Notes under the pieces: generated by a model
What the model saw: the letters and a program-made list of their open reading frames with translations, nothing else
Told to the model about the DNA's origin: nothing
The model's database searches: none
DNA from: Jimgerdemannia flammicorona
Lineage: Eukaryota
Assembly: GCA_003990765.1 (NCBI GenBank)
Contig: RBNJ01000172.1
Span: 1 to 37,970, forward strand
Length of the DNA stretch: 37,970 nt
Reading direction: 5' to 3'
In this document: positions 23,590 to 35,300 of the stretch, piece by piece
How positions within the stretch are numbered: position 1 is the stretch's first letter
How the letters are laid out: each line of letters starts with the position of its first letter
Position numbers and translations under genes: made by a program

Positions 23590-24429
23590 TCACCGATGGC
23601 GTACAGTCAAAGGAACAATCGAATATGGTGCGATACTGGCGGAGAATTGCGCAACAGGTGTGGTAATTGATGGTATTTCTGTGTAGTATTGTGCGTGCTC
23701 GCTGTAATGAAAATTACCTCCAAGCCAATTTTCTGCCAGCATTGATACTTCGGTTCCTCCGGAGGTTCTCCTCGACACCTTCATCAACCTGGCCTACCAT
23801 TCCTCATACCCGACGATAAAACTGGGCCAGACATTGTATTCCTCATTGAACTCAACCACCCCACAACCAACAACCCCATCAAGATTCCCATGTTCGTCCA
23901 GGCGAAGCTCAGGCAAAAGGTTGATGTCTCCGACGCTATTCGAACATTATCGCCTAGCACATTTTTTGATAACAAATGATGGCCATTATTATATGCGGAA
24001 ATGCGGCGTGCAGTTATAGCATGTCTGGAAACGAAATACAACTTCAATGATGATGACCTTGGTCTTTCATCTATTGGGATGCTTGTGATGTATCCCAGCG
24101 AGACGAGAAAGTATATGAGCCAATATAATGATATGACGCGGCAGCTTATTATCATCGTCGACGGATCAAACGCGCACGAATTCTTCAATGCGAAAGCATT
24201 GGCGATGTTCAAATCTATAAAGGAAAAGGAGACTACAACCGTGTCGCCAAAGTGGGAATCTATAACAAAGCGACAGTCTACAATCGATGAATGGGTGGTC
24301 GACGACAATGGGGAGCCAGGGCCATCAAGAACACCAGGCAAGAAGATCAAAATTGAAAATATTTGTTTCTCCTTTTATCGCTTCTTTTTATCTTTTATTC
24401 TTTATATTATATATATACACATATTTTAA
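23590..24429 (+). pseudogene. Fragment of a Crinkler-type PD-(D/E)xK nuclease-fold effector gene
   Basis: PFLIPDDKTGPDIVF...PMFVQAKLR is in frame with ORF 24001-24429 but split by TGA at 23977-23979. There is an upstream frameshift and no N-terminal part. Confidence 0.6.
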
Positions 24430-25073
24430 AATATATATATATGATGTCATTGATATTTATATATAAAGTACTAGTTTATAAACTCAATTTTAAATTTAAT
24501 GTATCTTGAAAGAGGTTAGGAGTTTTGATAACATTTGTATTTATTTGTCCTACTCCATATCTTGCACCTTCGAACTAGCATCACAGCCTACATTTATTGT
24601 TTGTGAGAGTACTGCTCAGTATAGTCAGGTATCCAAAAAAGACGGGGTTTAATTTGGTGACATCATATTCCAGACTAGGCATTGTAGATGTGGAGGCTAG
24701 GGTGACAGGTTGACATTGCTGCTGAAAGAATGTTGAGTGTATTCTGGCAGGATCTAAGAGAAAGAGATAGAAGAGAGATAAGATATAGGAGGGATTAGGT
24801 GATTGTAAGAGTTGAAGAGAATGAAGAGGGGTTTTTTTCTTATCAAATGAAGTAGTTATTATTGTGGGGCAGTGTAGATGATGGCTGAAAACATGTTTGT
24901 AGAAAGAGAAAGAAAATGTGAGGATGATATCAGAATTCAACCCAGATAGGTATAACTGTCTTTCTGATGAGTGACTTAAACTATACTTGATATATATGAC
25001 AAATCCCAAATAAGTTATATTAGTTATCAATATATATAAATCTATTAGCTCTCATATTGTTCAATAAAAACAC

Positions 25074-25337
25074 TAGAGATCCCAGATGGCTAGCCATATG
25101 GCCAATAGCTGGTCAGAGTGACTTGGTCTTAAATTTATAAATTAGCTAGTTGACTAAGTAGCTAGGCCTTATTTGGCTGTTTTGATTTCCAAATTTTTCA
25201 AATTAAATAAAAGGTCCATAAATACCACTTGACCAGTTGGCTGTAAATTTAAGGCCAAGACAGCTGACCAGGCTAAATTTAAGACCAAGCTACTCTAGTC
25301 AGTTATTGGCCATATAGCTGGCTATCTGAGATCTCTA
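25074..25337. mobile_element. MITE (264 bp) with 64-bp TIRs, possibly hAT-derived
   Basis: 25074-25137 matches the reverse complement of 25274-25337 at 54/64 positions, and all 10 mismatches are transitions. Flanks aaaaacac / aacaatac match 6/8, a possible decayed 8-bp TSD. Confidence 0.85.
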
Positions 25338-26039
25338 AACAATACAATACAATCTAAATACTGATCACAGAGACTATATTCTATATTCAATATTCTGAGT
25401 CTATTGTATATACTTACTACTACTTAGTAGTAATTACCAAGTAGAAGGCTATTATCTAGATCTTATAGTATCTCTATCTCAAATATCTATATATAAGACA
25501 AAGAGCAATATAGATAGATTTGTAGTATTAATATCATCATTATTTTTATCTATATTATATATATACTGAAGATACCATAATTATATAATATCTAAGAAAT
25601 ACTTCTTAAATATCAAAGTTAATAATACTTTATAGGATAAAACTATATACTATCTATTATATAATAAATAAAGCCCTCTTATCTTTAGTTAAGTAAGTAT
25701 TTGAATCAGTCAATAACTAAAAGGTTTAAAAAGATTTATTCTGAGAACTATATATAACTATACAAATACTCAGAACAGTAATATATAAATTATTTATAGA
25801 ATAAATAGCTATCTGATTCTAAGCTTTTGTAATTTAGTTATAACTAAGTAACTATACCTTATATATATTATTTATATCTATACTATATCAGAATTATACA
25901 AACCTATAATATAACTCTTCAATAGACTCTTTATCAAATTTAGTATAAATATAGTACTTCTAGTATTGATGATAATAATATCTCTAATATCATTGATAAT
26001 AATAATAATAATAAAAACTATTTAAAGATATCATAATTG

Positions 26040-27930
26040 TAGTTATTATTTAAACATATAACCAATAGAATATATTGAAGAATATAGAGATAGTAAAGTA
26101 TTTATAAGCAAATCCAAAGTAATATTTATCAAATAAATCATAAAGCTATAAGCCTATAATGCAACCATTATGTATCACTCAGAAAGAACTAATGTCAATA
26201 TAGATATACTCTTATAAATACTCTGAAGAATATATAACTAGCAAACCCAAAATAAATAAGAAACTTTTATAGAATTATTATCTATCTAGAACAGCAAAAG
26301 ATGTTCTAATATCTAAAAGAATAAATATAAATAATTATCAATAGAATATAAAAATAATTCAAAATTAATAAAAAAATACTAAGAAAGAAAAACTACTAGT
26401 TATACTAGAGTACAAGAAGAAATAAGTAATAAAGTCAGTATATAAACTTAGCTATATAGAAGGAATAAATATCTATAATAAGATAAGAAGAATAATGTAC
26501 TAATCTAAAATAGATGAAAAATAGATAAAAATATCAGACAATTTGTCAAGACTTATGATAAATGCTAAAAATAGAAGTAAGATTAATAAAATCAGATATT
26601 GAGATCAGTAGATATAGAACTAGTACTATTTGTTCACATTGTAATAAATATAATTAGTCTACTATCTCTAATATTAATTGGTAACTAATATATTATTATT
26701 ATTATAGACTTCTCAAATAAGCCAATATATAGTCAATTGCTGATTTCTTCTATAGAGAAATTATTTATCAATTCAAGATACTGAAGTAAGTAATAATAGA
26801 CAGAAGAATAGAATTTATAAACTAGCTCTTTGAGATTTTCTATAAGAAATATAAGATTTAGTATATTCAACTATAGCTTATTATCTATAGAGATAAAAAG
26901 AACCAATAAGACTCTTAAGAATATTATTATTAAGATCTGTAATAACTATGAAAATTGAAATTACTATTTATTAATAACATTATTTACTCTCTAGGATATG
27001 ATCACAAAGTATCTATTTTACCTCTCAGAAATTGCTATTTAGAGAAGAAAGTTCTGAAGAAACCCTATTATCTAATAGAGATATAGTATAGAAATATATA
27101 GATACTAAAATATAGAAATTGTACTAAATAAGAAAGAAAACTAAAGATTATATAATTAAGATATTGATATTATAATAAAATAATGCAGAAAAGACTTATA
27201 AGCTCTTAGAGATTATCAAGATAGAAGATAAAGTCCTGATATATCAAAATATAGTAAAAGCTTTATAGTTATAAAAACTGAAACCTAAGTAAGAAGAATC
27301 TTATCTTATATAAAATATAAAAAGAACTACCTTTTGACTATAAAAACTATTAGATATAATTATCTCTATAACTATCCATCAAAACTAACTCAAATATTAT
27401 AGCTAACTAATAAAGTATAGTTTTGATTCTTAAGATTACAAATACTGCTCAGTGAGTTATAGAAAGACAATGATATTCTACTGAGCTGCTAGCTATAAAG
27501 AATTTCTTTAATATTATTTAAAATATTATACAGATTTACCTATTATATATTTTATACTTTAAAGTCTATCAAAACTATACTGAGTTTTAAGAGTACTTTA
27601 AGTTGAGATAATTATAAAATAAAATGAAAGATATAATTAAAGAAAAGTAAATTGCCAAGTACCAAATATTCTATATCCAAATTACCATCACCAAGTAGAT
27701 CTACAAACTATTCAAGGATAATGAGTAAGCCTTGGTCTATTTTAAAAAATAGTTTTAAGAGATTTCTAATAAGTAAAGAGATATTATTAAAAGAATATAA
27801 TTAAGTATAATTTAGGGACAAAATTACTTATTCAAGAGAAAGTTGTAATAGTTGATCTAAATTAGGAATAATAATTAAAAGATAGATATTTAATTATAAT
27901 ATCTAAATTTAATTTCTGATATAATATAGT
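26040..27930 (+). mobile_element. Heavily degraded Ty3/gypsy fragment (RNase H end, integrase, 3' ORF, PPT, start of LTR at 27844)
   Basis: Collinear homology with the reverse complement of 28380-30330, for example atagaactagtactatttg... vs atagaaccagcaccatttg..., and agttgtaatagttgatct in both copies. Confidence 0.8.
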
Positions 27931-28046
27931 ATATATATATATATACTTTTAATAAATTAAATTAAATCAAAAGTTTAATCTGATTCACTTAATGAAAATA
28001 TATCTAAAATTAACAATTTTTAGCTTATTAGATTTATCTTATATAT

Positions 28047-31000
28047 TATAATATAGTAGATACTTAACCTTAGAAGTACATTAGATTTCTGTATCTTGAA
28101 AACTTGATCTTCTTTAACTCTGTGAAGTCTTTGAGATATAGGGTAGGTGAGTTTGAAGTATATCTACCCATAAGCTTACTAGTTTCTTTACTTTTCTCTT
28201 TACTTTTGAACTATTTTGATCTAAGGTTTATTTATTCTAAGATACTGAGTTATTTATACAAGTTTGCTAACTATAGAGTAGCTAAGTTATAACTAAGTTA
28301 TGAATCACTTTTTGTAAGTATTGAATTTTTCAACATCTGCAAAATCTTCAATACTTATAAAAACTTTAATAGTTGTGAAATAACAATAACTGCTATTTAT
28401 AAGACTATACAATATTGAGAATTGGGTTCAGATACCACAATCAAATGTCTAATTTCTCTGATTTATGTTCCTAATTCAGATCAACTATTACAACTTCCTC
28501 CTGAATAGGTAATTGGTTTCTAAAATATCCTATTCAAACTCCCAAGCTTCTATAATCTGTATCTCCTTATACTGTATAATTTGTGCCATTATATACTTCT
28601 AGTATTGTCTCTTGATATATCTGAAGTCTCCTGAAACTACTTTATATAGATGAGCTAGAGCTGACTCATTATTCTTGAACATTTTGTTAAGTTATTTAGC
28701 AGTTGTGATCTGAGTATAAGAGAGCTGGCACTCTCTAATCTAGTCTTCTTTTCCCATATCTGATTATGAGTTTAGTAGTTGTCCCAACTTGAAGTATTCT
28801 TGAAACTCAGTTTGGTTCTGGTAGGCCTTGAAGTATGAGATTCATGTCAAATGGGTCTGGACTATACTTTGCATACTGTCAAAGGATTTCTCTATTGTTG
28901 GTGGCTCAGTAGTGCACCATTGTCTTTCTATGGCTTATTGTGTAGTACTGATAATCTTGAGAGCTATAGCAGTATTTTGTTGTTTAGCCATAATACTTCT
29001 TGAGTTGGTTTCAGTAAGTAGTAGTAGGGATGATTGTATCTGAGAGTTTTTATAGCCAAAAGGTGGTCTCTTTTATATCTTACACAAGGTAAGATCCTTC
29101 CCACTTTGGCTCTAGTTTTTTGTGATCATGAAGCTTCTACTATATTTCAATATACTAGGACCTTATCTCCTATCTTGATAATCTCCAGGAGCTTGTAAAT
29201 CTTTTCTGCATTATTCTATTATAGTATCTGCACCTTGGTTATATAATCTTTGGCCTTCTTTCTGATTTGGTATAGTCTCTATATTTCTTCATTCACATAT
29301 TTCCATATAGCATCTCTATTAGATGATAGAGTTTCTTGAGAACTTTCTTCTTTAAATAGTATTTCCAGAGGGGTTAAATAAGTGCTTTGTGATCAAATAT
29401 CCTGAAGAGTAAATAATGCTATTAGTAGATAGTGATTCCAGTTTTCATAGTTATTACAGATCTTAGCAATAATATTCTTAAGAGTCTTATTGGTTCTTTC
29501 TACTTGTCCATTTCCCTGAGAATGGTATACTATAGTCTGAATGTACTGGATTTTGTACTTCTTATAGAAAACCTTAAAGAACTGATTTATAAATTCTATT
29601 CCTCTGTCTGTAGTTACTTATGTTGGGGTCCTGAACTGGTAGATGATTTCTTTGTGAAAGAATTCAGCAATTGACTGTACATTGGCTTTCTTAAGAGGTC
29701 CTGTCTCTATCCATTTCATAAAAAGGTCTATGATGATGATGATATATCAGTTGCCAGTTAAAGTCAAGAGTAGAGGGCCAATCATATCTATTATAATATA
29801 GGCAAATGGTGCTGGTTCTATGTGTGCTAATCCTGGGGCTTGATTTCATTGATCTTATTTCTATTTCTGATATTTATCACAGGTCTTGACAAATCATCTG
29901 ATGTCTTTCTCCATTCTTGGCCACTATATTGTTCTTCTTACTTTATTATATATATTTGTTCCTTCTAGATGGCTAAGTTTATATATTGACTTCATTACTT
30001 GCTCCTTCTTATACTTTAGTATAACTAGTAGCTTTTCTTTCTTCAGTATTTCTCTATCAGTTTTGAATTATTTCTATATTCTGTTGATAATTATTTGTAT
30101 CTATTCTTCTAGGTATTGGGACATCTTTCACTGTCTCAGATAAGTGATAATTCTATAGTAAAGCTCCTTATTCATGATTGATTTGCTGGTTGGAAGTCTT
30201 TTGAAGTATCTGTGAGAAAGTATCTATATTGGTATTGGTTCTTTCTGGATAGTATATGATAGTTATATCATATGCTTGCAACTTTATAATCTATCTGGCA
30301 TATATTTCTTTGGGTTGCCCAGTAGTCAGTAGCCAAGTAAGGGCTGAGTAGTCTGTCTGAATAGTGAAGTGTCTTCTGGCAAGATAGTAGTAGAACCTTT
30401 CTATAGCCCAGATGACTGTGAGGCATTCCAACTTATAGGATTCATATTTCTTTTCAGCTCCTCTGGTTTCTTGGCTGAGATATGTAATGATATACTCTAC
30501 TTTGTCCTTTTTTTGGACTAGGACTGCTCCTAGTCCTTAGGCACTTGTGTCTGTCTACAGGATGAATTCTTGAGTCCAATTGGGTCTTCTGAGGATGGGT
30601 GCCTGTGTTCATCTGACCTTGAGCTCATTGAATGCTTCTTGTTGCCTATCAGTCTATTGGAACTTAGTATTCTTCTTATTGAGTTTGTAGATTGGGCCTG
30701 CAATATTGGAGAATCCTCTGATAAATCTTCAGTAGTAGAAGATAAGTTCCATGAAGGCTTGGGCTTCAGTAACTGTAGTGGGCCTTAGATATGCTACTAC
30801 TACTTGAATCTTGAGGGAGTCCATATAGGTTCTATCTTAATTGATAATATGGCTAAGATAGATGATCTTGATTTCTGCAAACTTGTAATTCTTGGGCTTG
30901 ATGTAAAGACCATGCTGTTTCAGCTTCTCTATCATCTGCTGGATATACTGCAAATGTTCTTTTGCTGTCTTACTGTAAATGATAATATTATCCACATAAA

Positions 31001-32327
31001 CCATCATCTATCTTCCCATATCATAGCAGAAGATTTTATTCATCATTCACTAGAAGCTTGCAGAGGCATTGCACATTCCAAATAGTATTTATAGATAGAT
31101 GTAGGTTCTATCTAGAGTGATAAAGGCTGACCTTTTACTTACTGCTTCAGTGAGACCAATTTGATAGAATCCTGAGTATAAGTCTAAGGTGCTATAGTAC
31201 TGTGCTTTATCTCCCAAGGTTACAAGGATATCACTGATGAGGGATAGTGACTGGCAATCCTTCTTAGTAACTGAGTTGAGCTTTCTGTAATCCATACAAA
31301 GTCTTGAGGCAAATTCTTCTAGCTTGCTTTCTTTTTTCAAAGCTAGTACAACTGGTGAAGCCCAGAGGCTACTGACTTCTTTGATGATATTAGCTTCTTC
31401 TATCTGCTTGATTTCTTCTCTGAGCTATTTATGGTAGGCTGGTGGTATTGGCCTTGCTTTTTGATAGATTGGTTCAGTGTCTTCTGTATCTATATTATAA
31501 TAGTAGTGTGGGGTCTTTCCTTTGATATCCTTAAAATCTGTGGCTAGGACATCCTCAAATTTATAAAGTATCTTCTTGAGCTCTGTCTTGAGTGAGAATT
31601 CATTTCCAATAGTATAGTTGTACTTATTTGTAGTTTCCTTCTTCTTATGTTGCAGCTTGGTAATCTTGGTACTAGTAAATACTTCTCTTCCTGTAGATCT
31701 GAATTCTTTTCTTTCTCTTTCTGTTTCCTCTAATCTCTTGACTTCCATAATTCTTAGCTGAAGAACTAGGAAGATCAACATCTGTACCAGTCAGTCCTTT
31801 TTCTTGATTTGAAATAGAATCATAAATTGTGGTTCCTAGCAATGAGTAGTATTTCTCCAATATAATCTGAATTGATGACTCCTCCTTTGATGGTAATTTC
31901 ACTTTTGGCCAGACTGCTTCTTGTCTTGAGAATTTTGACATGGTCTTTTGGAATAATTATCTCCAGACTAGTTGTAAGTAGGGTGGTTGTCTGGGGCTCC
32001 AGTATAGTTTCTTCTACTATAGCAATATCCATTCCAGCTGCATTTTCTGACTTATATTCTGGTAAGACTGTATCAGAGTGGATTATCTGAATCTTGATCT
32101 TGATTTTTTCTTCATCATTACTATCTTTCAGAAGGGTTAGTGGTTCATCATTCTCTTTCTTCTTCTCTTCTTTTGCCTGTTTTTCAAGAGTCTTCTGTCT
32201 TCTTTCCTGGTAGATCTTTCTGATACCAATACTATATTGGTAGCAATCATTGATATACTCACTATAGTATATCTTGATTTCATGGAGGCATACTCTTTGT
32301 AATATATATCTTTTTGTAATCTTCTTG
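28047..32327 (-). mobile_element. Degenerate Ty3/gypsy element: dUTPase-RT-RNase H-integrase-extra ORF-PPT-3' LTR (~28047-28492)
   Basis: SPVVL...RLCMDYRKLN, LDLYSGFYQI, YVDN(D)I at ~30990; RNase H TDTSA..GLGAVL; integrase PFAYI.IDMIGPL; PPT aggaggaag then TGTAATAG at 28492. The left LTR end is approximate. Confidence 0.93.
31688..32090 (-). pseudogene. Retrotransposon-encoded dUTPase domain upstream of RT
   Basis: All five dUTPase motifs, degenerate: AGMDI, RSSLA, GVINSDYIGEI, LVQMLI (after a frameshift) and RERKEFRSTG (RGxxGFGSTG). Confidence 0.9.
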
Positions 32328-35300
32328 TTTTTTTTTTTTTTTTTTATAGTTACTTGGACTCTGCCATTTATTACCATCTATTACTAATATTACAGTTTAC
32401 CCTCTCACTACCTGATCCCCATAGGAGTGCCACTTTGTCTATTCATATGAACAAAGACCACTTTCACACCCACAACCCCAACCCTCCCCCCACTCTGCCT
32501 ACAGATTTATTCTACTAAATGATGCCTTCAACCCCCTTTCAACCCCCAACCCAGCCACCAGCCTGTCAAGGTGTCTTCCATAAGACTATGCCACCTCATC
32601 AGTCTGACCTCAGAGCCAAGTTTCCTTCTATCCTTAAAAACAAATAGCCAGTGACTGGCCAGCCCCACCCAAATGGCCAATGCTCACCCTAACATTAGCC
32701 ATTCCTTCCTCACCCCCCCCTCCAGTCTATCCCTTAAGTTCTCCCATCACCTCCACACATCAGCTCTCCTGCACACCACTCCCAGATGATCCCCAATATT
32801 CTGCCAAAAGAAACTCAGCATCTCACACTCTCCTAGCCAATGTTCAGGCATCTGTACATATTCCCCTTCCTGCTCTATATTATAACACTCTTCACAGTTA
32901 AAGCAGCCCCCCTCAATAAGGTGACCAGAGTAGAAGTTGAGCATGACATTTTGCCTCAGCACATGCCACCAGACTACCCAGTACTTTGGCAGCAACTACC
33001 TCCTCACCTTGATACTCTAGGCCCATATGCTATACCAGTTCTATTCCTTGCTGATTCCTACACCCTGCCAACTACTAGGCCACAGATCCTGGCCTGGTCT
33101 CCATTGGCATTTGATCCTATCACTAATGTCAAATTCAAGTAAGGGAATGCCACTTAGTAACACTCAGTCCCATCTCCACATTGCCCAGTCCCAAGTCTCC
33201 TCCCCTTCATTTCCCTGCCACCTAATTCCAATGTGGCATGCTCTCTCTGCTACTCCCTACCAGAAGTCTTTGTACTATAATTGTCCAGAGTTCTGAAGGC
33301 CCACGAGTACTAGGAGATCACCCATCAAACCTCTTGGAGAGGGCCTCATCTCCCAGACTCTCTGCAGTAGGGGAATCCAACCACCCCCTCTCAACTCCAC
33401 TGCTCTCTTCAGCCACCAAGCTCTCAAGCAGTGTAGCCTCTTAGGAAAGTTGACCAGCCTAAGTCCCCCACTTGCCACCAGTAAGGACAAGACCTTCCAG
33501 TTGATCTGACTCCGCCTTCTAGCCCAGATCCACCCCTTGGCCAGCTTCACCAATTGCTTTACCACCCAAGCTGGGAAGTTCAGATGATAAGCCAGATACC
33601 ACACCTTTGGTAGCCAATAGATGTTCAGAATCAAAACACAGCCTGCCAAAGATAATTGACAGCCCCCCCAACTCCTCAGGGCCTCCTCCCAAATACCAAT
33701 CCACTGCTCTCACTAAAGTCTGGGCAGAACTGACCCATACACTGACAGATAGATATCCAAGTACCATACTGCCTCACCAGTAGGGACAATCATACCAATA
33801 ATCTCCCTACCCACTAGACCATTGCCTAACACCATTGTTTCATACTTATGCTAATTAAGCCTAGCTCCAGAGTTCGCCTCATACCACTCCACTGTCTCCT
33901 TGAGCTCCTCAACATCCGCAACTGATCTCAGACCAACCACCATATCATCTGCAAATGCCCCTACTTTCTACCTGATGCCAAAGATAGAGAGCCTCACTAT
34001 CTTCTGCCTTATTCTGTCTATGAAGGGCTCCAGAGACAAAGCATACAAAATGGGAGACAGTAGGTCCCCCTGGGACACCCCCTTACCCAGGGGAAATACT
34101 ACCCCTCTATGTCTATTACACATGAGTACCACCCTACTTCCTTCCAATAGACTGATCATGGTGGTCCTGAACTATTGCAGGACCCCAATCCTATCCAAAA
34201 CTTTTGCCAACCAGACTTATCGCACTTGGTCATAGGCCTTCTCCTGGTCCAAAAAGACCAGATGCCCATCCAGTCCACTGGCTTATACCTCTTCAATAAT
34301 GCCATGTACCCATGCTGTACTATCCCTGATGAGCCAGCCTCCAACAAAGCCCCACTGCTCCTCACCTAAGACTTGCTGGGCCACCTTTTGCAACCTCATG
34401 ACCACCACTTTGGTAACCAACTTTCTGTCCATATCCAGTAGCATAATTGGCCTCCAGTTCTTCCAGTCTTTATGGCTTCCTTTGTTCTTATAAAGCAATG
34501 TCACCAACCCTAGATCTTGTTCTCCCACCCATCTCCCCATCTGTAGAATCCAATCACACAGTGCCCTCATCTCTCCCACTATTCCAGGGACTCCCACCAT
34601 CCTTTTCCAAAAGTCCCAGAGCAGACCATCCTCTCCAGGCACTGTACCCAAAGTTGTTGCAGCAAGAACCTGGTGGATCTCCTCCTCTAGCACTGGCAGT
34701 ACTAAGTCATCCAACCCAGCTGCTCAGGTAGGGTGCCAATCCTCCAAGGCTTGATCAATATCCTCAGCACCTGCCCCACCCTCCTCCTCACTCCACAATC
34801 TACTCCAATACTCCTTTAATGAGCCAAGAATGTCTTATACCCTATGCACCAATGAACCATTAGCATTAAGCACCCCCTCCCACCTTTGCTGCACTCTTCT
34901 CACCTAAAGGGCCCTTGTAAGAAACTTTAAGGGCTGCTCTCCTTCCTCCAGCCCCTGCCAATGAAGCCATGCTGCCAGACCCTGGACCCTAGCCTCCTCC
35001 TCATTTCGCAGCACCTATTGCAGTTCAGCCACCTCTATTTGTAACCTTATCAAATGCCAGTCCTCCTCTTCCTCCAACGTCACCAGTCTTGCTCAGTTCT
35101 CTAAGAGTCTAGATAGTCTACAAGATGCCCACTGCATCTGCTACCTCCTCTGTCTCCCCGCCTCCATACCTGCCTCACTCCAGAAGGCCCTGGCCATTTC
35201 CTTTATTCTCATCCACCAAATATTGACTGTGATACCTTTCTGTCTCCAGCACTCCACCTGCATTTGAATGACTTCAGCCCATTTACTCCACTGGATCTTA

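Noticed and set aside
31820..32377. 185-aa ORF as a stand-alone host dUTPase gene
   Set aside because: Its N-terminus is LINE 3' UTR and poly(A) read-through (KKKKK), and the domain is frameshifted and embedded in gypsy pol.
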